A stretch of 64,000 bases of DNA. Source: Octopus sinensis. Its lineage: Eukaryota. A program made the position numbers and the translations under genes. Numbering within the stretch: position 1 is the first letter of the stretch; each line of letters begins with the position of its first letter. The stretch lies in assembly GCF_006345805.1 (NCBI RefSeq), contig NC_042999.1, forward strand, positions 109,678,001 through 109,742,000, written 5' to 3'. Below, piece by piece: positions 1-13,482 of this stretch. The notes under the pieces are model-generated. The model ran no database searches, was not told the DNA's origin, and saw only the letters and a program-made list of their open reading frames with translations.

Positions 1-3000
1 CAAGCAAGGTAATAATTCGCCTGAGTAAGGAGATATGTGTGTGTGTATGTATGTGTATTATATATATATATATATATATACATAAGTAATTCCAATGTAA
101 TTCCTTTATTCTCTAGTGTTCTGATGAAAAATTTGCTAAAGAATTATAATGGAGTATCCTGTATGTTGAAAACCTATATGGTCTCATGCTTCCGAGGAGA
201 GCAGTTTATTTCAAATTGATATAATGCTTGCATTGATCGATTAAATGAAGCCACTTGAAACAGCCGTAATGCACTGATACCTTGGCATCCTCATTAGTTA
301 TTTGCTTTTTATTCACCTAACTTCGAGCTGTGCGAACAGCACTGGACTGACTTGGTACCTCAACTTAAGTACCTAATTCAACTAAATCTTAATTATTTCT
401 CTACATAAGTATATGTACATATAATTGCTGTCAAAATGCAATAGCATGAACAACTGCCATAGGGTATACCATTGGACATGAATGGTTCCAGCAATCTACT
501 TCCTTGAATTAGTACTGTTTTATCAACCTCAGAAGGATGAAATGCAAAGTTATATCCTATTAAATGCACAGACAACTCTGCTAATTAGTTGCCTTGATAA
601 ATATTATCTCCCTCAGTCTTTTACCATATACATACATATACATATATATATATAATAGAATAGTATTATATATATGTGTGTGTGTGTATCAGTATATTTG
701 ATAGATAAATACTATATCCATATCTTTCTATATATATATATAAAAAAAGTTGAGATTTTTTTTATTTTTCATAGTTTTTTTAAAAAGAAAATATTTGATG
801 AGTCAGGCTTGAAATTGTTGGCAGAAAATTGGCACCTGTCATAGAGTGACAAGCTGATCTGATCTAATGTATAACGACATATTTAATTCTTATTGCTTGG
901 ATACTCACATGGAGAAGAACCATGTTTGAATGCCTGTTTATACATATTCAAACACATATGCATGCACGCACATATATATATATATATATATATATGAGAG
1001 AAAAAGAGAGAGACACACAAAGATGGAGAGTAGAATTAAATACACTTTTACATATGCATGCATAAAGCTGCACATAAAATGGAACATAAGAGAGATTCTA
1101 TTGATACCTTAATGACTATGTCACTGACCTAGACATAACTTGCATTTTAATTGGATTTTATGTAAGGAAGAATTGCTGCCCTACTCTTCTCTGCTGCCTG
1201 CAGATATGCATACACATATATCAATGTCATCTCTCTATCCAGGGATACCAGAGTACAGGGATAAGAAATGAGCTAGGGAGTTGCTACTGGAGGCAGTAGC
1301 TGTCACCTTGACATTGTGATGACTTAGAGAGTCCACTGTGGATTTTCAAGGATTTTCAACCTACATTCAGTTTTGTTCTGTTCCCCAGTCTGTCAACACA
1401 CTTTCTTGTTCTCATACATAGAAATTTCATGACAGAATCTAGATATAATACCTCTTCTCAATAATTAAGATTTTAAAAACTGATGCTGAGTAACCTCTTT
1501 AGATTCGCTCACATAACTACACAAAGCACATGTACCAAGCCAACAAAGTAGTTATGTAGTCTTTTGACTTGTTAGAAATAGCAAGTAAACTCCTTTCAAA
1601 TTCAGTCCAACCTTCTTTAAAGAAAATGGCCATGTCTAGAATGCTTTTGATCAGAGTTGACCAGGAGCTAAACAATATCAACTGTATAGATATATATTTC
1701 TGCAAACATACTAAATTTGTATTGCGAGCAAATTTCAGAAACAAGATGTTGTTTTCTTCTTTTTACTTAGCTTTTAAAACTTAAATTCTCTGCTGAAAGT
1801 AGCAGTTTTGCCAACAATTATTTAGTTAATGCTTGCATAAAAAAAAATCTAATGACAAAATCTATTAGGATTTCTAAGTATTATTTATCACTGCTAACTT
1901 TAAAAAATATCTATGATAAATCGGTAAGCCATTTGTTTAATTACATGGGGAAACAAATTCATCAGACACTCTGCTAAGTTTGTAAATATATAGTGTATAG
2001 AGAGGAATAGTGAGAAAGAAAGAGAGATCACTGTTGAATGTCCAAATCTTCCTTTCTTCATGTGTGCATATTAAAATTATGTTCTCTATTTCAAGAGATG
2101 TCCACTTGCTTGACAGCATAAACTCATATGTACAAACATCATCTAAATTTTGCATTTAACATCTAATATTATTTCCCTGTTCTTCTTCCAGAAGTTATTA
2201 ACTTTAAATAATTCACAATAAGTTCCATTTGATCACATGTCACACATGCATATCATGAAGGAAACAAGATCTTTTCTCTGAGTCCATTCCAATGTAGTTG
2301 TTCCAATTCCACCAGCTGCTCCAATTCCATTTCACACAACCTTATATACTTCGGGAGAATACAACCCTTAAACATAAGAGACCATCAACTGACTCCACCA
2401 AAAATACAAAAACAAAACAAAACAAGGGCATGATCCCACAGCCCAACCACCAAATGAAATTCTATATTCCATTTACTTTGTTAATTATACCAAATTATTG
2501 TTATATGTCTGTACTAAACAATTAATGTTTCAGAACCGTAGTGCATCTGCCTGTGTGTCTCTCATTTCAGTCCATTTGCTACTCACACCTAACAAAAGAT
2601 TGGTAAAAATGAACAACAACCCCATGATCTGTCATGATTCTTGCCAGGATTTTACATGACAGAGCCTTAGAAGAAGATTTAAGCTAAACAGTTTATATCA
2701 TATTACCACTACTAAGATATTGGAAAAAAAAAATTATAATTGATGTTGAGAGAAAGAGAGGGAGAGAAAGAAACAGATAAAGAGTGTGTGTGTGTGTATG
2801 TGTGTGTTCATGCCCATGCAAACATCTGCATACATGCAGAAATGTGAATGCATTAGTATTGTTAGCGCTTGTGTAGCTACATGCAAGAAGTTGCTAAATG
2901 CTAGGAACTGATTCCATAAGTGAAGTAATTCACTTCTTGCTGTTTTCTTAATCAGACTTCCAAGATGACAACAAAAATACAGAAATATATCCAGTGCATT

Positions 3001-4675
3001 CCTCAAGATGCTCAACAGCAACACAGCTAACATTTAAACAAACAAAAATAAGTTCAAATAAACAAAAACACTACATTATCGTATGGTAAACTCCTTCTAT
3101 TTTTCTTCTCAAAATGAATCATAATGAAAAACCTTGAGGAAAGCATTTAAAAAACATTTCAAATTAATCTCTTGACTATCATTGCTAAAATAACACCTCA
3201 AAACATGGCAAGTTACAACCTTCTTTTAAATGTCACTAAAAATTGAATTTTTACTTTAGAGTTTATTAAAACATTTTGATTTTTAATATTTTTTTCTTTT
3301 ACTTCATTATTTAATTATTTTTTAAATTCATCTATTATGTTTTTAAATTGCCATTTTAAAAGGTTATATCATTGTTATTACTATTGGCACAGTATAGCCT
3401 CTTCCAGTTTAACATTTTAAATTTTGTATTTTACTTTTGTTAAGGGATGGGGGTAAAATCAGATGATCTTTAAAGAAAGTCTTCACTTAAACAGCATTAA
3501 GTCCTTTTCTACTAATTCCTTAAAAAACCTTTGCTACTAAAATATTTAATTCATAGTTGAATAAATTTCTAACAAAACAAAACAAAACAAAAAAGCAAAG
3601 AAGAACTGTCTGAGTGAACTTACCATCAAACAAGTGATCTTTTAGTAACAAAGGAAGAAAGTTCAATCCCTCAGAGAGATATTTAACTGAATCTATATGT
3701 AAAGCTATAAACATTCTACAGTTAAAATCTTGTAACGGCTGCTGCACATACTAGAGCCATTACTCAAAACTTGACACCTGTCCATAATCTTATAAAATCT
3801 ATGGTTTATCTTAATAAATACAGATAAGCTTTTAAGACAAATTATGCTTCCTTTTAAGAAAAGAAAATTTTTTTTTTCATAGAAGAATTTTAAGATGACT
3901 ATTGTACAAAAATTAAAAAAAATAAAATAATAAGATTATAATCATTAGTTACATTTATTACTCAGTTGGGGAAAGAATAGTTGACTAATTGTTAGAATTT
4001 TAGACTTTGTAGTACAAAGATCAGTGTTCAAACCCTGCCTGAAATATTTTTAACTGTTTTTCTTTCCATTTACTGGCAGAAATGTGTGTGTGTGTGTGTG
4101 CATGTGTGTGTGTGTGTGAGAGAGAGAGAGATGGTGAGTGTGCTGCAATAAAATAACAGCTAGACTGTGAAGAGGCAACTGAGAGAAACTATGCTCCATT
4201 ATCACTAGAACAGGAACACTCTGGTAACTCACTTTTGATACTTTATTTATATAACACTGAAATGAACATTCCACTAACTATTTCCACCATTTGCATTGGA
4301 TTTGGATGCTACATACCAAAACAATGGAAAAGATATTCTCTTTGTAACTACTACCCATTACATTACATGTTCCATACATATAACACATCAAAAGTTTCTA
4401 CCACTGATCTCTGTCATTTTGCATTCCAAGTTTCAATGTCTTTCAATAAATTTTACTTATATGCATAATTCATTTATAATTAAAATTTATTTTTGCAATA
4501 TAACTGATAAAATAAATGCATTGGAAAAGTAATTCAAAGTGGATATGGTTTAGTAGTGGAGGTTCAAAGTAGAATCATAAGAGAGAAGCAGTTGACTATA
4601 GGAAAGTTAAATGTAACACTTTTTCATATAGTGTTCATTTTAAAAGGTAATCTTGAATGTATTACAAATACTTAT

Positions 4676-5167
4676 CATGTTATTGACTAGACTCCTATTT
4701 CTTTACTACCCACAAGGGGCTAAACACAGAGGAGACAAACAAGAACAGACAGACGGATTAAGTCAATTATATCAACCCCAGTGCGTAACTGGTACTTAAT
4801 TTATCGACCCCAAAAGGATGAAAGGCAAAGTCGACCTCAGCGGAATTTGAACTCAGGATGTAATGGCAGACGAAATACCGCTAAGCATTTTCGCCTGGCA
4901 TGCTAACGATTCTGCCAGCTCGCCTCCGTGATGTTGTTATACATTGCTGGTCACAATGTGTTTTTGTGTTGTTTTAGACTTCAAATGACACCACCCCCTC
5001 TGGCTAGGTGAGCAGGCCAACATTTCCTCCCTGATCAAGAGGGAGTGGAACAAGGTGAAATTAAGTGTTTTACTCTAGAACATAATGCACAGCCCTGTCT
5101 GGGAATCAAATCCATGATTTAGCAATCGTGAGTCCAACAAACTAACCACTAGGCCAAGTGCCTTCAC
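4676..5167 (-). mobile_element. tRNA-derived SINE, family B (head at 5167), with the family A SINE nested in its 3' tail
   Basis: The minus-strand head TGGCCTAGTGGTTAG...GATTTGATTCC is A/B-box-like and resembles the copy at 42344. A 12-bp direct repeat ACAAATACTTAT at 4664-4675 and 5168-5179 flanks the whole composite. Confidence 0.75.
4695..4928 (-). mobile_element. tRNA-derived SINE, family A, full length
   Basis: The reverse complement reads GGCGAGCTGGCAGAATCGTTAGC...GAGTTCAAATTCC (B-box-like)...CTTTGCCTTTCATCCTTTTGGGGTCGATAAATTAAGTACC...GGGTAGTAAAGAAATAG. It closely matches the copies at 15871 and 46887. Confidence 0.9.
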
Positions 5168-5513
5168 ACAAATACTTATATTGATAATAAATGGAAGTAA
5201 AACTCAAAAGTTATTGCTGTTCTTCAGCTCTGATTGAAACAGAACATCGGTTTATAGCTCAGTGTACTGATTGGTTGCAATCTTCAAACCTAGAAATAGA
5301 AATATACCATGTCTCCATCTGGTTCAAGATTATACTCTTCTTTGTTATTTCTGTTCCTTGGACAATCTCAGTAGCATATCAGTTTTCCTATGAGAAATGG
5401 TCTCTAACTCCCTAGCACAGCCCTTCACAATTACTGAAAACAAGACACAGTTAGTTGTCTTCATTACAGTTCTCATAGTGCAGTAAAGCTGATACTTTGT
5501 GTGTAAGTGTGAG

Positions 5514-5616
<103 letters not shown>

Positions 5617-7869
5617 AATTAACACCTGTATTTGGATGATTCTTTATCGATTCCATAAACATGAAGGGCAAAGTTAACCGAAGCAAGATTCAATCTGGGT
5701 GATAGACAAAGTTGACCTAATGGCATTTTAGCACAGAGAACTGGAACAAATACTGTTAGGCCTTCTGTCACAAATTTTAACAAATCTAACATTTCACTGA
5801 CTTACAACACTTCCAAAATGCAGGAGTTTATAGTCTGAAGTATGGCAGTTTTGTCTTTTCTCTCTCAAATTCAGTTCATGTTTTCCTTCTCTATCTGTAT
5901 GGCATATGCATTTATTTAATTTATTATAATTATTCACTCTTTTGTTCTCTTCACAAATAGTACTTAATGTGTACTATTTAGAAATCAAAACAAAAGCAGT
6001 CATTTATTGAATATGAACAACATAATTTAATAAATCATTAAATATACAACCTAATCAAGATACGTTGTAAATTTAAAACAAACAAAAAAAAAAATTTTAT
6101 AGAATACACATATTCTTACTGAGCTGATTCCTCTTTTTAGTAAACATTTTTAGCTTCTTGCTAAATTGTTATTCCTAATGCAAAATAGTTTTGTGTTATC
6201 TATCTATCTATCCATAGTAATGAATTTTCTAAGGAAAGAAACAAGAAAAAACAAAAGGAAAGGTGGGGAAGGATGTGAATAGAAAAGAAAGAACCCCTCT
6301 CCCATAGCCTTATAAGGAAGAGGGTTTGACTGTAACTGATTTTCAATAAATTGCATAGGAACTGTGTCAGTGACTGACCAGGTCATAGAAGAACATTGGC
6401 ATTTCATAATAGGCAGTACTTTTAAGAAATAAATACAAACTGAATATAATAGTTTTTGTGTTCTTAAATCATTAAATTGAATTTTCCACCAAGTTTTGTT
6501 GTTTTCTTTTTATTGATTATAAAGAAGTAATGAAACTAAATATGATACCTGTGAATAATCTTAACTAACATGTGTGAGTTGTTAGATATTTCTTCTTATG
6601 ATTACTAATTACTATAAATGTAGAAGTGTCATAGGTAATCATTTGTATTTTGTTTTTGTGTGTATGGGAAATATTTTTATGTTGTGCTGGTTAGTTGTAT
6701 TTGATGTCCTCTGTTGATGTTAGTAAGAAAGTAAGAAACATTTTGTATAAAGAATAAAATCCTTTAATATCGTTCTCCTTTTTTTGACAGTGGAAAAAAT
6801 TTGGCTGCGATAGCTTCCTTGTTCAGTGACCCTGTACAAGCTCCTAAATCAAAAAGCTAGATTTTTACCAACTATTTTGGTATTTTTTACAGCACATTTT
6901 CATTGTCTTAACAAAAAAAAAAAATATCAAATAACTGTCGTAATCAAACGATATTTTTTAATAAACACCAGACATTTTGCCTTAGGAATAAAATTTAGTA
7001 AAGGAACTACATGCAGAAATGTATATTGAAATGAGAAAAAGACCAAGTATTGACTTCTGTACTTTTTCTTTACTCATTTACTATGTACGAAAAAATGATG
7101 ATAAGGGTATGTTTAATGACGCATTTAATCGTTACATTCAGTGAACATAAATGTATGCACCTTTTATTTTTATCATTAAAATAAAAAAATACAATAAAGT
7201 TTTGAGACATAAATTGTAATTCTCTTGAGAAAAATATATCTTTGTTTCTTATTTACAGCTGAATTTGAATGTGTATGTGAATGTTATTTAAAATACGATA
7301 TAACATGTATATGCTTATTAGCATGTTCGTGTGTAAGCATAATTGGAAACATGCGAATGTATTGAAAAATAAACGTATAAAATATGTGTAGAAATATAAT
7401 TAGAGAATGAAAAACAGGGGAAATAAGTCATATAGCTGTATTGCTTATACAGGTTAGTCTCCCTTGTTCAATAATAATTTACTGATCCGCCACGTCAAAA
7501 TTACAAACATATTTCCTGAAGATACAAAAATTTCCTCATAAAATATGACCTAATGTATTAGGTCATCTATGTATATATATGTGTGTGTCTCCGAGGAAAA
7601 CTGATTAATACATATACCATTAGTCATAACCAGCTTCTGAAATATGGGACACGACTGCATGATATTTCATATCAATCATTATTATATTTTCACTTCTCTC
7701 AACAATTATTTGCAACTAAAAGAATGAAAAGTATTGAATAGAATTGATGTATACTGAAGCAACATCTTTCACATGCTAGTTAAATGCTGCTTCACTTTAC
7801 ACACACAACAATCAACAGACTTCTGCACTATATCTGTCAGGCAAATTCTCTCAAAAGACATTGGTTAGC

Positions 7870-7965
7870 TATAGTAGAGGAGTTCTCCATGGAATCACAC
7901 AGCGGGACTGAACTTGAAACAACATGGCTGCAATCATATGTTTTAACCACGTGGTCATGCCTTCC
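7870..7965 (-). mobile_element. degenerate family D SINE head fragment
   Basis: GGGACTGAACTTGAAACAACATGGCTGC...TTAACCAC resembles the copy at 10116-10283. Confidence 0.6.
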
Positions 7966-8179
7966 CCAATATGTATCGTGGTACTGGTTCCTCTTCGTTT
8001 ACAAGTATTTCAGACATGAGAGCGAAAACTAAAATTGAGAGGCCTCAAAGTAAACTTATAAAAAAACTAAAGGTTTAATAAATATGGAAGCTAGAACTCA
8101 GCTATCATCTGAGAAATTACTGTGCTTGACATACAGAAAATGAATAATTAGAAGTTGTAAACGATTAGCGCACATGAAA

Positions 8180-8620
8180 TATAGGTGGATGATAGGCAGA
8201 TAGACATGAAAAGTATACATCCTAATTTGTTGATGTCCAAGAGTAGTTAGCATAAAAATATGCAGGGACTTAATTTTTGCCCAGATAACTGCATTAGTAT
8301 TGGAGGTGGGTGTTGTGATAAAATAACAACCAGAATAAAAACAATGGAAGACAGTCAGGTAGCTATTACCTCTGCTATTAATAAAGGGTCCTCTCTCTTT
8401 CACTCAAAGTAAAGGACAGAGCGATAATGCTTGTGCAGGAAATGCAATGCAGGATGGCAGTGCAAAGTGAGCTTTGAATGTGGAAGATTTGTGATGGAAA
8501 CAAAGAACTGTAATGGGTATGCTCTGATGGACTGTACAGAACATAAACCAGTGGAAAGAAAAGTTAGATATAAAAGGATTTAAGTGTAGTGGTTTAGACA
8601 GAAGCTTGCACTGTCTATGG
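8180..8620 (-). mobile_element. possible highly decayed Penelope-like RT thumb/linker remnant
   Basis: Minus-strand ATACCC...CAGTTCTTTGTTTCCATCAC resembles a frameshifted, CpG-decayed IPYSQFLRLRR motif, and a Cys-containing stretch follows. There are many disruptions. Confidence 0.25.
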
Positions 8621-8625
8621 GTATT

Positions 8626-8766
8626 ACAGTTCTATATTTAAGAGATAAGGAATTATGTACATTATTTACATTTGACAGATATTTGTCCTCATCTTGTTTG
8701 TTGTTAACACGTTTCAGCTGATACACCCTCCAGCCTTCATCAGGTGTCTTGGGGGAAATTTTGAAT
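8626..8766 (-). mobile_element. 3' fragment of the SINE/Penelope-like element carrying a hammerhead-like motif
   Basis: Nearly identical to 51147-51285. The minus strand reads AAGACAC-CTGATGA-A-GGCTG..CAGCT-GAAAC. Confidence 0.8.
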
Positions 8767-9551
8767 CAGTTGGGGAGTTTACATAGAATTTACGAGGTGC
8801 ACACTTATCTGATAATAAGTATATCAGACATGCATATTCTTCAAGATTGGTGAAAGAGATAGGGTGATAAAATGAGAAAGGGCAGGGTGGGGAATCATCG
8901 AGAGGGTCAACTAAGTTCAATAGTATCCCTAGGAAGCAAAGTGCAGTGGACAGAAGAGATCTATTGGCATCATTATTCACCCTGGAGACATAGTGCAGTG
9001 AAACTGAGAAGAGGCGATAGTGACAGAGATGAGCAATAGAGGCAAAAATGATGAAGATATGGGCGACAGAGACATGGATAACAATGGTGTGGATGATAGA
9101 CAGATAAAAGGGATTCATGACAGAGGGGTATATTACCAGGGTCGAGGGTGATAGAAGATCAGTGATAGTAAAGTGGCATAATAGAGGGGTATGTGATAGA
9201 AAGGTTAGTGATAGAAGTGGTTACAGAGATGAAAGGCTAATGAATGTAGACTTATCAGTATGCATAAATTCATACATACATTTACATATATTTATATATA
9301 CACACACACACACATATATACACACAGATTTTTTATACAAATATAAATACACACACACATACACATAATGCAGCATATGATGCATGAAGATTTACCCTTT
9401 GTCAGAACAATCTGTGGTAATTTTTTATGGAAATTATATCATTTATTGCATATGAACCAAATACGACGTTGATTTATTCCCCTGAAATTTTTGTATCAGT
9501 TACTTTAATTTGCATTTTATTATATTCAATTCTGTATGTATGTATGCATGT

Positions 9552-10020
9552 ATCATCATCATCATCATCATCACCTTCATCTCTTAACAACCCCCTTCCA
9601 TACTCGAAAGGGTTGGCCAGTTTAACAGGAGCTGACTAGTGAGAATACTCCACCAAGCTCTACTGTCTGCTTTAGCATGGTTTCTATGGCCCCGGATACC
9701 CTTTCTAACACCAACCATTTTACAGAGTGTACTGAGTGTTTTTTATGTGGCACCAACAGCAGTGAGGTCACCAAGTAACTTCCAAGACAAGATCTCAGAA
9801 CAAATGCTACTCATATCAAGAAAACATAGTCACACACTTCTTAATCATGAGTAGCACTCAGCTACAGCCCTCAAAATTCCTCCATATATCAGGTCTCACT
9901 GTCACAGTGAAAATCCCTCATGGGGAAAATGCATCCTTAACATAGCTAGAACCATTCTTCTGAGACAGAAGATAACTCAGCCTCCAGCAATGACTCATTA
10001 AACTGCTCAAATGAGGTCCA
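9552..10020 (-). mobile_element. RTE-clade LINE 3' remnant with (TGA)n tail
   Basis: A (CAT)n run on + is followed by sequence shared with 35178-35365 and 38742-38900. 9790-10020 has traces of RTE ORF2 C-terminal motifs (xRN...AMLR, IKKC). Confidence 0.55.
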
Positions 10021-10115
10021 CAATAACTTATTACTTGCATATTTTTTATGAGCATGATAATTCAAGTGCTTGTACAAATTATCAGACACAAATGATATCA
10101 CACACACACACACAC

Positions 10116-10283
10116 AACGGGCTTCTTTCAGTTTCTATTAACCAAATCAACTCACAAAGCTTATAGTCAGCCCAAGGTGGTAGTAAAAAAACACTTGTTC
10201 AAGTTGCCGAGCAGAGGGACTGAACCTGGAACCATGTGGTTGGGAAGCAAACATCTTACCACAACAGCTACTCCTATGCCTAT
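10116..10283 (-). mobile_element. tRNA-derived SINE, family D head and body
   Basis: Minus strand AGGAGTAGCTGTTGTGGTAAGATGTTTGCTTCCCAACCACATGGTTCCAGGTTCAGTCCC...GAAACTGAAAGAAGCCCG; shared with 18275-18436 and 53048-53195. Confidence 0.85.
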
Positions 10284-11604
10284 AACCAAAATCTACATAC
10301 AGATGCCAGATCACTACACATGAGGAATTAGTAGCAAAGATAGCATTGGACCATATGCCTTGTGGTATTTCATTGCATAACTTCCACTTTCTAAGCCAAA
10401 ATCTTACCAGAATTGCCTATTGCTTACTTTTCAAGGTCAATAAAATAAATACCAGTAATACACTGAATATGTTTCAATCAGCTATACTCTTACAGTTTGT
10501 AGCCTGGAGCTATAAAGTGAAAAATCAATATTTTACTTACTAAACATAAAAATGTTTACATATAAACAACATTGCTTCACTTAATGAATAAAAAAATACT
10601 TGATTATTTTGTTTAATTTCAGATTTAGTCACACTATTTACGATACTGAGAAATAAAGATGGAGAAACAACTAACAAATGCATTTTGCATGTTAGTCAAA
10701 GTACCATTCATCAAGTGGCATCTACCTGTCTGCTTGTCTGTCTATCTGTCTGTCCCAGTCCCAATGTATACATGTGTAGGTACATACATACATGCAAAAA
10801 TACATGTGTACATGCATACTTATATGCATATATATAAACTGAGGGGCAAGGTAGTGTACAACAAAATGGTCTGACATCTTTTTTTTTTTTTTTCTTAATA
10901 CAGGGCATAAGTCTCAGTGAAAACCTATCTCCTTCAGAGGACCAGAGGTTATCTTGACTGCAGAGATGAAGCTTACCTACACCGAAATGTTATGTGTGAA
11001 TGCATTTGATTGGTTGGTATCGAGGTTAAATTCTTCAACTATTGATCAAACCAATTAGTGCTTTGAAAGAGATTTTATACATGAAAAATAACTATATTTA
11101 AATTTTTTTTGGTGGGTTTTTTTTTTTATAGAGATAATGACCATCACTTACTTCTCAATAGTCAGTTATTTTCAGTAGATATCTGAACTGAAAGAGATTA
11201 ATGACTGATATTTGCCATATTTAATTAGTTACAAATAATTTAAAGTTAATGGAACTAAAAATTTTATTATGCTGAATTTCATTAGGATTTACAAATTTTA
11301 TGACTAATTTGATATCAAAGGATATCTCAGATAAATCTACATGATTACTATTATCATTGTGAAGGTTATTTTTTTTGTTTTGTATCTAGTAAGGTTTATT
11401 TCACTGGATACTAAAGGCATGATCTCTGAGTAAAGATGTGTTTAAAAAAAGAATCTATAATTTTTCACTGTTTAAGATGATTAGATACCAAATGAATGCT
11501 GTTAATGAAAATCTTCAGCAAGAATGACCTAAAGTGTTTCTAGCTTTTTACAATTAAAAGGGTAGAACAGGAAAGAATCAAAAAGCACTGTGAATGATTT
11601 TCAT

Positions 11605-11813
11605 TGTTATTGATGATGTTGTTGTCATTCCTTGTGTTATTATTTACACGAACTTCATAGGTTAAAGTGATTTATTTACATTACTGAAAAATCACTTATT
11701 CTGTCTACTTTTACTTAATGAGCAATGAAAGAAAAAAAACTAATAAAAACAATGTAATTGAACAGAGGATACATTTCGTATTATGATTTCCAAATTTCGT
11801 GAAACAATGAGAC
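11605..11813 (+). repeat. copy 1 of a ~200-bp local direct duplication
   Basis: TATTTACACGAACT.CATAGGTTAAAGTGATTTATTTACATTACTGAA...GTGAAACAATG recurs at 12611-12813. Confidence 0.9.
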
Positions 11814-12405
11814 TCAAGTGATTTAAACAATATTTTATCACTACCTCTTCGTTTGGAACCAGCTGTACTTCATACTAATTCCAGCATCCTATATTTTGTG
11901 ATATACATACCAACACACAGAGAAGGTGAGGAGAAAGACTATAAGAGACATATACATACATATAAGCATGCATCCTCACATTTATCCATCAGTAAAATAC
12001 TAAACTGGAAAAACAAATCTTTACTGTAATATGGATGATGTGCAGTGGAAGCAAGCAAATAATTTAAAACTGTTTGATTTCTACATGAGGTTATTTAATT
12101 TCATTTGTATTACTAATGCTCTTTGGAAAATGATGAACATCACACACTCTTATATTTTCCACTGTACAAGCATAATTTGTTGTGTGTCTAGCATTTTCTC
12201 TGCTTAGGATTTTTGCTAACCAAAAACAAGAGATCTCAGTGAAATACTGATTTAGAAAAATTAGTTCAATATCAGCAAGCAAAGATTTAAATCTTCATCG
12301 ATATTTTGATTTATGCTTCTCTGTGCTGGCAGGCCTTGGTTGAGTCCACCACACACTATATCACCAACCAACTCAATATTCTGAGATATCAGTGAGGTCC
12401 ACAAG

Positions 12406-12556
12406 AAGGACCATCTTAGCAGCATCATAGGCCCCAGGGCAAAGCAATGCACTGGGTCCTATAGTATTTGTTTATTGACAGCAATCAACAGCATACACAG
12501 ATCAGAAGTGAGGAACCCTGGGCAACTGCATAAAAACCCACAATGAGATCTAACCT
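12406..12556. mobile_element. degenerate hAT/Tip100-like MITE
   Basis: Begins AGGACCATCTTAG (cf. CAGGGCCGTCTTAA termini). Internal inverted GGCCCCAGGGCAAA and CCCTGGGCAACTGC motifs are typical of such MITEs. Confidence 0.45.
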
Positions 12557-12610
12557 CACCACTTTGTCTTATGTCTTCCTCTGTCAAAAGTACTCTTCAC
12601 TGGTAGTATA

Positions 12611-12813
12611 TGTTATTGATGATATTATAATTCTTTATGTTCATATTTACACGAACTCCATAGGTTAAAGTGATTTATTTACATTACTGAAGAATTACTT
12701 ATTCTGTCTACTTTTACTAAATAAGCAATGAAAGAAAAAAAACTAATAAAAACAATGTAACTAAACAGAGGACATATTTCATGTTTATGACTTCCAAGTT
12801 TTGTGAAACAATG
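12611..12813 (+). repeat. copy 2 of the ~200-bp local direct duplication
   Basis: High similarity to 11605-11813, about 1 kb upstream. Confidence 0.9.
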
Positions 12814-13389
12814 GGGCTGTTATACAAAAGCATTTTTCTAATCTGGCTGTTATTCATATGATTGTTATACATATGACACTTTTCTAACGTGGTTGTTATA
12901 CATCCACTTTTACTTTAATTGCAGCAGCCGTACTAGTTGTTATGGTTCAATGAAAAGCATATTAAAGCTTCTTGTTACTGTTGTAGTAGTTTTAGTATAC
13001 AAATAAAATTATGAGTTTTACTATCAACAAATGAGTTGGAGGAGCTCAAACAAATGCTGGGAAGTTTTCTTTCTGACATTCTAACTGTATAAATTTAAGG
13101 AATCACTATTTTACTCTCACAAATATTTTAAGATATCCATGTGATTCACTGAAATGACAATGATAAATAAAAGAAAGAAAGAGAAAGAATGGTACTAGAA
13201 CTAATTCATTAGAAATAATTATGTCTTATACTTTGAAAGTATACTCTTCCTTATGTAGGATGAGTGGTTTAAAATAAAGCAAAATTGGAAATAAAAATGA
13301 ACAAAAATAAGGCAGTAATTGAAGTATTGTAAATTTTATCTAGAAAGGTGCACTATTGTAAGATTATCAAAGAAAGCTTTAGTTTTGTG

Positions 13390-13417
13390 ACACACACATA
13401 CACACACACACACACAC

Positions 13418-13482
<65 letters not shown>
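13390..13482. repeat. (CA)n(CAGA)n compound microsatellite
   Basis: Directly visible. Confidence 0.95.

Noticed and set aside
795-860. Cluster of AP-1, NFI, E-box and TGACA motifs
   Set aside because: Short motifs like these are expected by chance without conservation data.
8714-9118. 134-aa minus-strand ORF as a gene or Penelope endonuclease
   Set aside because: There is no clear GIY-YIG or other motif, it runs into a repeat, and its order conflicts with the putative RT remnant.
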